From: Penicillus capitatus
Taxonomy: Eukaryota; Plantae; Chlorophyta
Assembly: GCA_965649825.1 (NCBI GenBank)
Contig: OZ287694.1
Coordinates: 1,949,292-2,013,291 of the forward strand
DNA: 64,000 bases
Direction of reading: 5' to 3'
The notes under the pieces: generated by a model
What the model was told of the DNA's origin: nothing
Seen by the model: the letters and a program-made list of their open reading frames with translations, nothing else
The model's database searches: none
Made by a program: the position numbers and the translations under genes
Shown here: piece after piece, positions 33,094 to 44,500 of the stretch
Layout of the letters: every line of letters starts with the position of its first letter
Position numbering within the stretch: position 1 is the first letter of the stretch

Positions 33094-36000
33094 ATGCAAC
33101 TTCAAGCTTCTGTCGAAGAACCGACGGCTGGGAGCCCGTCAGTATTGGAAATTGAGAGTCGACCTTCCCAGAGCGACTCTGATATGGAAGAACTGAACAA
33201 CCCGAAGCTCCTGCGCTCTATCGCCAAGAAATACGGCATTAAGAGGACCAAGTCACTAGTCGCGGCGTATAACGCCACGACGAATAAGGACGAGCGTGGC
33301 GTTATCCTGCACTGGCTGCGAAGATACGACGAACGAAGAGACGACTGCCTCAAACCGAAGTGCATGCTCGAATACGCAGAACTGGCGAAAATCGCACCCC
33401 GCTCCACGCATGACAAGGAAGTTCTGAAGAATCTGGTTTGTGCTCTCGGTTCCTGCCTTCGTCAGAGAAAGCTTCCTGCGAAGAATCTGGCCATGGCCCT
33501 CTATAGAACACTCATACACGTTGACTCTTCCGCATTTGACGTGGCGGATCTGGTGGTTGTGGCAAGGAAGCTGTTGACCAGTCTCTGTCCGGAACCCAAA
33601 CTTTCCAGAGAGAACTTTGCAGAACACGAGGCAACGTTTTACGCGCTCCAGCAAACTTTCTTTCTGCTTAATAAAACCAGCCACAGCAATATCGACAAAG
33701 AAGAGAAGCAAGAGTTTCGTCGAGTTATCGCCGAGAAACAGAGTGAGATGGGACTCTCGTGCAAGTACTACCCAGTGAGCTTCCACTTCAAAGCGCTTCG
33801 TCAAGCAGTGGAACGCCTCGATCTGAACGACACCTCTTCGTCTCTCACACAAGCGATGCAATGTGCCGCTTTGGGAGTGTGTGGAATCCTGCATGTTCTC
33901 CATTGTGTCAGAAATCTGGCGAGCTGTGATATCGAACCAACGGCCATCCTGGACTCAAATAGAAGACTAAGAGGGATGGCTGCCGGCGTTGGCATGTCGA
34001 AGAGACCGTGGTTTGACGTGTTTCAGAATTTGATGGCAGCAAGACTTGATGCATCAAAGGACGAAGCGATTTTCGAGCTTTTTGAGTCCAGGTTCACTGC
34101 CGCGATGGAATACCAACGAACGATGAGAAAAGGGAAGGACTTGAAGGCGCTCAGATTTGGCATCATTCAAGAGTTAGGCACACTGGCGGCGGAAGGATCG
34201 ATAGAAAGGATCCGCGAAGAAGCCATAAAGAAGCTACTGGATGTGACAACGCAAGAAGCCGTCGATGAAGGATGGATTGGCGATGCAGATGTCCTAGCCG
34301 CATTTTTGGATGTCCTAAACAAGATCCACAAAACCAACCAAGGCGGCGACGAAAGGCTCAAAGAAGCAATTCAAGTCCTATACCAGTCTTGCATGAGTCG
34401 TGCCAAGCAAGTGTTGGCGGAATGGTTGGGTGGAAGAATCCTAGAGGACAAGATTCGAACTCGAAGCCCGCAAAGGCCAGTGGCGGAACACAGTGAGTTG
34501 TTCATCGAGATCGGCAGAGACGTTGGTTACATTCCACTTGCCATCGTGGACTCGAACAAAGAAGAGTTGAGGAAAGGATACACACACGATGACTTCGCAA
34601 CGGTAACACTACGAAACGCACGTTCAAGTGGTCGAGTGTCGTGTTTTGAAGGTTGCCTCCCTGTTCGTAAAAGGATCTCGTAAGCACGTCAAGGAGATGA
34701 AGCAGCACGTTGTCATCTCTGAGGAAATCGTCGAGGAGCAAGAGTTCACATCGGAAGATGCAACAGAATCGGTTATTCGCGGAGAGAAAGGAAGAAAAGA
34801 AGGATCTTCAAACCGCAAAAGAGATCAAGCAAAGGAATACTACGAGCAGAAGACAGTAGTCACAAAGCCAATTGCTCTAGAAGACTTGTTCAAAAAGAGA
34901 TCTCTGAAACCCGAAGCCGTGGAGAGCGAGATTCGAAGAGTGCTTCTCTACGGGAATCCCGGCTCCGGAAAGACGTGCATCACCAAAGTCATCGCACACA
35001 AATGGGCTTTGGGAGAAATGGCTCAAGAGTTCGACGCTGTTTATGTTGTTCCGGTGCGCGTCCTGAATAGTACCGAACACAAAAGGCAACCGTGGGCGAC
35101 GCTTGAAGGAGCGATTTCGCTGATATGCTTCCCGAAAAGAAAGAATACTTCCGACTACGAAGACCTCGTCGTTCAAATAGAAGACGAACTCGACAGTCCT
35201 TCGACGCTGCTCGTGGTTGACGGATTAGACGAGGCAAACGATCACTCGAGAGAGATTCTATCCAACATCTGGGGGCGCTCATGCAAGGTTCTTTTGCTGT
35301 CGCGTCCATACAACATGAGAAACATAGAGACGCGTGTCGACATTCAAGTGGAGTGCCTTGGATTCGATGACACACAGTTACGGGACTACATAAAGAGTGA
35401 ATTGGCCGACGACGAAGCTCCCAGACTTATCCACTCCCTCGAAAGTTCTACCGCCATGTGGGAGATGGCGCATATTCCGGTGACGGCACACATTCTTTGC
35501 TCCTTGTCGAAGGAGCACGGCACAGCGATCCAAGAAGAGGGGAGGAAAGCAAGCGCGTTTCAAGTATACAACGACATGGCGAACTACATCTGGAAGAGGT
35601 TCGAAGAGAAGCCATCGGCAAGAAACGTCAAGAAGTTCGAACTCTTCGGAGACTTGGAAAAGATCGCCTTCGAAGCTCTTCAAAATGGAGCGATTCTCAT
35701 CCACGAAAGGTCTGTTATGGAACATGCGACGTCTAAAAATGCAGTACGAACCTTCAAAGAAAGCGGTCTCCTGTTGCTCGTGTTGGAGGGACAGGAGTAC
35801 CAATTTCCTCACCTGACGTTTCAAGAGTATTTCGCCGGAAGATACGTTGCTAGAAGTTTAAAGCAAAAGGGATCGGACGAGGAGAGAAGGGTGCTCGATT
35901 TCGTTCGGGAAGGGAAGTATAATAAAAAGCATGCCTTGACACTATCCTTCGCGATGCACACATTTGCGAGAGGCCGAAGCAGACATGCGCTGAAAGAGAT

Positions 36001-38392
36001 GCTTTCAATTGTCGACGAACAACCCGTCGATGTTCTCGGTCTGCATCACTTTCTCCTAAGAATGCAAGTTCTCGAAGCGACAATGGAAGAGGCGGACGAT
36101 CTAGATGCTCTCACGAAAGATAAACAAGCAATTAAAATCGCCGAAGGTGCCCGGCGACTCTTGGAGGGGACGATTGAGAACGCTCTAATCCGTAAAATCG
36201 TGGTCGAGAAGTTCGAACAATGCTACTGCATTCTGGAGAAGTTTCCTAAGATACTAAATGACACTGTTAATGAGACGAAGACACTATTAGCAGGTCCAAG
36301 AAGCTTAACATGGGAGGAAAGGGACAAAATCAAAGATGTGTTCAAGCTGACAAAACACTCTTCGAAGCATGTTGGTGAGATTGGATCGTTCTTACAACAG
36401 AATACAACACTCATGGATTGGCACTATCCACACCTAGGCATGTCAAAGTTGCTTGATATCGCAAAGGGAACACCGCAACTCGTGGGCGACATGGTCCCAA
36501 TGCTTGAGAAAGGGTGCCGCGAAGATTCCTCCGACATGCGCCGGAGTGCGATATTAGCGATCAAGAGCACTGTTAAGGCGGCACCAGAGCTTTGGGATGA
36601 CCTGCTGCCTATGCTACAGAAAGGGTGTGACGACGAAGCCTCCACCGTGCGCCGTAGTGCGATGCAGGTCACCTGCGACATTTCTTATTTCGCGCCAGAG
36701 CTCTGGGACGACCTACTGCCTATGCTACAGAAAGGGTGCGGCGATGAAGCCTCCAACGTGCGCTGGAGTGCGATTCATGTTATCGGCCGCATCTTTTATT
36801 GGGCGCCAAAGTTTTGGGGCAATGTGCTGCTGCCTATGCTTCAGAAAGCATGCAGCGATGAAGCCTCTGACGTGCGTTCGAGTGCGATATCGGCCATCGG
36901 CTGGATCGCTAAGTCGGCGCCGGACATCTGGAGCGACCTGCTGCTGCCTTTGCTCCAGAAAGGGTGTAACGACGAAGCTTCTGAAGTACGCTCGAGTGCG
37001 ATATTGGCCATCGGCGGGGTCGGTAAGTCGACGCCAAAGCTCTGGGGAGACTTGCTTCCGATGCTACAGAAAGGGTCCGGTGACGAAGACTCCCTCGTGC
37101 GCAACGGAGCGATGCAAGTCATCGGCGACATTGCTGGGACAGCGCCACAGCTCTGGAGCGACCTGCTTCCGATGTTACAGAAAGGGTGCGGCGACGAAAC
37201 CTCTGGCTCACGCCGGAGAACGATGTCGGCCATCGGCGGGATCGCCAAGTCGGCGCCAGAGCTCTGGGAAGACTTGCTTCCGCTGCTACAGAAAGGGTTC
37301 GGTGACGAAGACTCCCTCGTGCGCAACGGTGCGATGCAAGTCATCGGCGACATTGCTGGGACAGCGCCACAGCTCTGGGGCGACCTGCTTCCGATGCTAG
37401 AGAAGGGTTGCAGCGACGAAACCTCTGGCTCGCGCCGGAATGCGATGCAAGTCATAGGTGACATCGCTAAGGCTGTGCCAGACCTTTGGGGCGATTTGCT
37501 GCCGATGCTACAAAAGGGGTTCGGTGACGAAGACTCCAACGTGCGCCGAAATGCGATGCATGCTATTGGCGACGTTGCTAAGGCGGCGCCTCATCTCTCG
37601 GGCGACCTGTTGTCGACGCTGCAGAAAGGATGCAACGACGAAGATATCGTCTTGCGCAACTATGTGATGCAGGCCATCGGTGACATCGCTAAGGCGGTGC
37701 CAGACATCTGGAGCGACCTGCTTCCAATGCTTGAGAAAGGGTGCTGTGACGAAGGCTTCCACGTGCGCAAGAGTGCGATGGAGTCCATCGGCGACATCGC
37801 TAAGGTCGTGCCAGACATCTGGAGCGATTTGCTGCCGATGCTGCAGAAAGGGTGCGGCGACGAAGCCTTTAGCGTGCGCTGGAGCGCGATTCATACCATT
37901 GGCCTCATCGCCAATGGGGGGCCAAAGCTCCGAGGCGACCTGCTGCCTATGCTACAGAAAGCGTGCACTGACGAAGCCTCTGACGTGCGCTCGAGTGCGA
38001 TGCATGCCATCGGCGAGATTATTAAGGCGGCGCCTCACCTCTCTGGCGACCTGCTTCCGACAGTTGAGAAAGGGTGCAGCGACAAAGCAGCTAACATGCA
38101 CAAGGCCGCTACGAAGATACTTAACACCATTAAAGTTGATGAGACCATACTTTCGACCGTCTTTTCTAGTTCTTTATACGAAAGGGTCCCTTTTCTACTT
38201 CTTCTAAGGAATGCATTTACACTCGACTATTCTTCCCAGTCCGAGGAAGTTTCTCTCGTCTTTCATACAACTTCTTCCGAAAGAATCGGACTGTGGGATA
38301 AGAAAGATATTGACAGATTTGTTAGGCGTTTCAAAGAGGAGTTTGACCAAAGCTTTTTGGGCTTGTCAGGGTATCTGCAAACAAAAAACTAA
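33094..38392 (+). CDS. NLR-like gene copy 2 (intact, ~1749 aa): helical N-domain + NACHT + 14 HEAT-like repeats
   Basis: Exon 1 is 33094-34602 (503 codons), then a 49-nt GT-AG intron 34603-34651, then exon 2 at 34652-38392. Walker A GNPGSGKT, Walker B LLVVDGLDE, VLLLSRP, AHIPVTAHILC, YQFPHLTFQEYFAG. 37-aa repeats DExxxVRxxAxxxIGxIxxxAPxLWxDLLPMLQKG. Confidence 0.92.
36521..38080 (+). repeat. HEAT-like coding array of NLR copy 2, 14 units of ~111 bp
   Basis: 1560 bp = 520 codons = 12 x 37 + 2 x 38 aa, counted from the translation. Confidence 0.93.
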
Positions 38393-38509
38393 CTTAAACG
38401 AAGGCATGACGTCGAAGAACTGCAGAACCTAGGCAGTGATCCGGAAGTTATGTTTGTGGCATAGTGGTGTCCTAGGCGAGACAATGCTCACTAACACGGC
38501 GAATCCTTT

Positions 38510-40500
38510 TGTACTGGCCTTGGAAAGACACTGAGCTTTCATTCTAGTCATCTCGTGTTCCATAGGCTCAAATCAATAGTGCACAGCTTCTTTACTGTGT
38601 CGTATCATGGGTTTGATGTGCGCGAACACAATCCGTCGTTCGTTTGTTTAGAAGCATTTAACGTTCTCCATACCAAAGGGGCCACAGGTGGCGAAGTTGC
38701 TCGCTGTCGGAAACTCTTACTAAAGAGTCTTACAGAATTATCCGCACTTCCGCTGCATTTGGGGAGAGCGTACTCCGATGAGCAAATGTTCTTTATTGCA
38801 CATACACGCTCCTTACTCTCTTCCATTCAACGGGTATTGGTGCTCGGTGTCGGCGTTGTGGAACATCGTATATCGACTTTTAGTATCGCATTTAAGCTGG
38901 ACACTCTGTTTAGATTCTTCGTATGTTTCACATGAGTTGTTCTGCGTTGAGCTGTGCTCTGTGTGCGTTCATTCCTGTTTAAGAGATGGTTTCTTGAGGA
39001 TCGATCGGGTGCTTTCAGGAAATCTGCTAGCATTCGGTGTTTTTACCCTCACATGAGTATTTCTCTGCGTCTACTTTTGGTGGCTTCTCGATAGGTTCCA
39101 GAACGCCACTGGATCTCCACGCGCACGAAAAGGCTCTACGACAGAACGCATCTTGTCTTGGACGTTCGTCGACATATTTGCAAATACGGAGGCGTGCCGG
39201 CTGCCCTTGTGATGCTCGGGTCATTAGGTGTTCCATCGTCGAAGCATGTAAGAGCGTCACATTCTGCATCTGTTTCCCTTGATCCTGAGCTGCAAGACGT
39301 TGTGTACTGCAACGAGCGGCAACGTTCACGATTCCGGCCAGAACGGAAGACCTCAGCAACGCTGAAGAGATGAAGGAATGGAAGAAACAACGAATGAAGG
39401 TGCGCTTGCTTTTGTACTCTTATAAAACCTGTCTTTCGAAGGCACATCACGGTAGCCGTCGCGGTGAAAGACCTTGCCAATGAGCGACATCACGCGTCCT
39501 TCGAGTCTAAAAGTCACAACATAACATGCGTTGCGAACGACAGGTGTAGGTCGTTCGAGCACGCTCTCCTAGGGCAGGTCATTGAGAAGGTCGTTTTCAA
39601 AGCGTTCGACGAGGCAAACTCCGATCTACGGTTGTGTACGCTTGCGAAAATACGGTCGGAGAATTGTACCGTGTGTCAGGCTTGAAGTGCAGGATGGATG
39701 AGAGGTGCACAGGCTGGCGACGGGCGCTGACGAAGAATGCTGTGGACCAACAGAGGAGCCGAATCGACGGTCTTCTCTGAACGGAACCTGTGCATGATTG
39801 CATAGAGAATGTGACCAAAGACAGGGAATGCATCTAGTCCACACCTCTGCATCGTGTCGCCGAGCTGCTGCAGACTTTACGATGCTCTGTACGTCACTGT
39901 CTAAAGAAAAGACGGCATTCTATGCTAGACATTGGGAAACGACGAAGGACAGATCTCGAGTCATCAGAACCTGCATCAGAAGCTCTTCTGTCCGGAGCGA
40001 TCAGAAAGCAGTAGTAAGTCATTTGCTAGATGCCTGTCGCATCAACGGCAGTGCAGAGAAACAGCTCTTGTCAGACTGGGAGGAGACGATGGGTGCCTAG
40101 CCACTGTGACAAGGAAGCGCAGGAAAGAAAGTGCTTGCTGCATCCGGACGTTTTCAGATGGTTGGTGGATCGTTTGCAGGTCTGTGGAGTCGCATGGCGA
40201 TCCGAAAGCGATCATTCAACTGGGGGCCGACGATTGCCGAAAAAAACTTCGACAGAACTCCGCATGGCGTCGACACAGGCATGTCACATCAACGCCTCCG
40301 TTGTCGACTGGAAGGTGACGCTTCGGCGAAGAAGGCGTCAACGTCTCGATGCTGGCGTGGAATGAACGTTCTGTACGAAAGGGATCGAATAAGAGACGTC
40401 GCCTGGCTTCTGGCATCTCGCCAAGCCGCGTCGTGTAAAGGTTTCGCAGTGATTCCGGTACGACCGCCCACTCTTCCCCATTCTTTCCGTGTTTGCATGT
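38510..40500 (-). pseudogene. Degenerate coding remnant between NLR copies 2 and 3 (MATH-like), duplicated at 19270-20050 and 31235-31960
   Basis: DNA matches to both other segments. Minus-strand peptides QMQNVTLLH and FAHIKPMIRH are broken by many stops. Confidence 0.4.
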
Positions 40501-41538
40501 TCGTCTCTGTTGGTATCGTACGACTTACTGCCCTTTACGATGTCTTGAAGGTCCGGAGAGATTTTTCGTTGGACGGCGGGCGGTTTATGAAGCAGTTAAC
40601 TTCCGCATCGAGGATGTGACGCGAGCGGCGAATGATCGCCACCGAACGCGTGTTCCTGCTTGGATGCACGGACAGGCTCTTTCATTGTTTGTTGTCTTGG
40701 CGTCATCCGTACGCCGACCAATCGCCGTCTGGAGCTATACCCCCTTCACACCATCTTTCCTGTCATCAGTGCAAAACCGACGCCCGCAATCAAAAGCGAC
40801 GAACGCACCGCGCGGTCTTGTCTCGAAGGTAGCAGTCGATGTGTCAGGGGTTGCGCGACGTTTCCATCTAGGCGACGTGCGGCAATGGACGCCGTCTCCG
40901 ACCTCATCGAAGATGACGAGTAGAAGAAGAACGTGGACAGGCAGTTGGCAGTGGAGGGTCTGGTCTGGGTCAGAGCGGAGAGCCTTCCGAAGACATCAGC
41001 GGCCGGTGATGAAGAGATTAGGGGCGCCATAGCTTCCTTTGGTTCCTTCAGAAAGCTCCTGCATGGGCTGCATGAGGCGCAAGAGGGACGCATGCAGATG
41101 ATACTGAATGCTGCCTTCAAACTTGACATCTTCCTTCTGAATTGGATTGCCTGCAGCATGCCGAATTGATGGATCTGGAACTGTTTCAGTCTGGATCAGA
41201 TGAAGATCCGCAGGCAGAATCGCGCGTACTTCGCCCATGTTGCAGGTGTTTGATGATCGCGTGAAGGCGATTTCGATCAACATGCTGAGAGACGTCACAT
41301 CTTCGCTGACCAGACAGTCGCATCAACCAGACAACGAACGACTCAGCAGTATGAAGTCGTCGTGCAGAAAAAATACGTTAAATGAAGCACGATTAACGGA
41401 TTTATGCCGTCAACGGGAACCTCGGATTCATTATCTCCATCACGAACTCCTGTGCGAAGTTTAGTGACGGCAGGTAAGCTTGCGCGTTACGCTCCGCTGC
41501 ACGTGAGGAGGTTTTGCTACGCAGATTGCAAGCACAAA

Positions 41539-44500
41539 ATGCAAGCCCAGGCTCCGGACGAAGGCCCTAGCAGTGGCGGGCCACCCGCGTCGAGAACCGG
41601 CAGTCGACCCGTCGTCGAGCTGCCGGCTGTCGAAGAACGCTATGACCCCAAACTCTTGCGTGCCGTCGCGCACAAGCGCAGCATCGACAGCACCAAGTCG
41701 CTGGTTGCCGCGTACAACGCGACGACAAACGAAGACGAACGCGCCGTCCTGCTCGGATGGCTGTGCAAGTACCACGAGCGAAGCGCAGACTGTCTGACGC
41801 CCAAGGTCGTCCTCGAGTACGCGGAGCTGGCCAACATCGCCCCGCGCTCCACGAGCGAGAAGGATGTACTGAAAGACTTGATCAACGACCTCACTTCGTG
41901 CATCTGCGAAGGGAGCTTCCTGGCGCCGAACGTTGCCGCTGCCCTTTACAGTGCACTTGTGCACGTCGATCCTTCCGCGTACGACGGCGCAGAGCATCTG
42001 GTCGTCGTGGCAAGGAAACTCCTGGGCAGCCTCACCCGAGAGCCGAAGCTCACAAGGAGAACGTTTGCGAAGCACGAAGCGACGTTTCTCGCGCTCCAAC
42101 AGACGTTCTTCCTACTTCGCGAGGCCAATCAGAACGATATCGACGAAGAAGAGAAGCAAGATCTGTGCAGAACCATCGCAGAGAAGAGGAGAACCATAGA
42201 GCTCTCCTGCAAGCACTACCCAGTGAACTTTCACTTCAAAGCGCTTCGTCAGGCAGCAGAGCGCCTCAAAGACGAAGACGCTGCCTCACGAGTGACGCGA
42301 ACGAAACAATACGTCATGTGTGCATTGTGCGGGTTCGTGGACGTTTTTCATTTCTTCATGAACCTGGCAAGGGGCGACATCGATCCGGCGGCCATCGAGG
42401 AGGCGTACGAAAGAAATCGAGCCGCCATTGACAACATGGGAGCGACGAAGCGATTATGGTTTGAATCCGTTCGAAGCCTGATGGCGAAGAGGCGAGAAGC
42501 GTCGAAAGACGAAAAGAAGCTAGGGCATTTCAAGTCCGAGTTCGATGCTGCAACGGAGACGCAACAAAAGTCGATGAAAAGAGAAGACTTGAAGGCACTC
42601 AAATTCGGCATCATACAGGAGATGAGGCTGTTGGCAAGCCGGACCGCTTGCGAAGCTGTGCGTAAGGCGGTCACGGCGAAGCTACTGATGCTAGCAACCA
42701 GTCGTGCAGTCTTCGAAGACTGGTTCAACGACGAAGACATCTTCACGGCGTTCCTGGATGCCCTACACGAAGTCCACACGACGAGCGACGAAAATCAAGA
42801 AACGACCGAAGCGTTCCGGCAAATTCGACAGTCTTGCGAGGGTCGTGCCCAAAGCACGTTGAGCGCGTGGCTGGGTGGTGGTGCTGTGAAAGACAAGCTT
42901 GAAATGCGACGTCGACAAGAAGAACGTGCACAGCGCAACAAGGTCTTTGTCACGATTGCTCGGGATGTCGGATACGTCCCCCTGGACACAGTTTGGTCTA
43001 ACATCAAAGATCTGAAAGACAGGTACAAGCATGACAGCTTCGCAAAAGTGAGTATCACTTTGGTCGTCTAACACTGGATTAGCATCATGTTCGTGTCGAA
43101 GGTGCCTTCCTTGTTCAGAATGGAAGACGGATATCACGTAAGAGAAATGGAGCATCACGTCGTCGTGTACGAAGAAATCGTCGAACGGACGACTAAAAGA
43201 AGGAAAGGAGAAGAAGAAGCAGAAGATTCCACGACGACCGAGAGAAGAAAAGACCGAGAAGATGAGAGGGAAGTAGAGGATTCGTCGCCTCGAAGAAGGG
43301 ACCATGCAAAAGAATACTACGAGCAGAAGAAGAAAGTCACAACGCCCGTTCCTCTGGAGGAACTGTTCAAAGCGAGATCTTTGAAACCGGGCGGCCCAGA
43401 AATCGAAATCGGAAAGGTTCTTCTCTACGGAAACCCCGGATCCGGAAAGACGTGCATCAGCAAAGTCATTGCGCACAAGTGGGCGCTGGGGAAAATCATG
43501 CAAGAGTTCGAAGCCATCTACGTTGTTCCGATCAGACGCGTCAACGTCTTAAGGGCCAGAGGCCTGCAAGGAGCAACGGTGAAGGACATGGTTGCAAAAA
43601 TATGCTTCCAGAAGAGAAGCGACGCCGAATACGAAGATCTGTTGACGCAAGTGGAAGGCGACCTCGATCTTCCTACCACTCTGTTGATGTTCGACGGATT
43701 GGATGAGGCAGGCGAATACGCTAGAGAGCTCGTTCATGCGGCGGAGGAGCGTTTGTGCAAGTTGCTGATATTGACGCGACCGTACAATCTCCAACGGATA
43801 GGAGCAAGAGTCGATTGCCAGTTCGAGTGCATCGGTTTCAATGACCAGCAGCTGAGAAACTACATACACAGAGAACTGCAGCTAGATGAAGCTTCGAGAC
43901 TCATACGCTCTTTGCAACAAGATCAAGGTATGTGGGAAACCGCCCACATTCCGGTTACGGCGCATATCCTATGTTCTTTGTCGCAAGAACATGGTACCTC
44001 GATTGAAGATCGAGAGAGAAGAGCAACCATGTTTCAGATCTACAACGATATGACAAACTTTGTATGGAAGAGGTTCGAAGAAAAGCCCGAATCAAGGACG
44101 GCGAACAAGAATGCCGTTTTCGAAGATCTAGAGAAGGTCGCCTTCGAGGCTCTTAAGAGAGGACATATACTCATCGGACAAAGAATCATTGAGCGCTGTG
44201 CAACTTCTACAAACGCGTCGAAATTCTTCAAGGAAAGTGGATTCCTCTTGCTCGTGTTGGAGGGGCAGGAGTACCAGTTTCCTCATCTCACCTTTCAGGA
44301 GTTCTTTGCCGGAAAGTACATTGCAAGAGGCTGAAAGAACGAAGGATCGGAGGAAGAAAAGAAAGTACTCGAGTTCATTCGAAAAGAGAAGTATAACGAA
44401 AAGCACGACGTGACAGTGTCCTTTGCCATCCACGCATTTGCGGAAGGCCGCAGCAAGTTCGCGTTGGAAGAGATGCTTTCCATTGTCGACGAAGATCCCG

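Noticed and set aside
44332-44334. Selenocysteine at the in-frame TGA
   Set aside because: The paralogs have Leu rather than Cys, the position is not a redox motif, and a single T>G change from TTA explains it.
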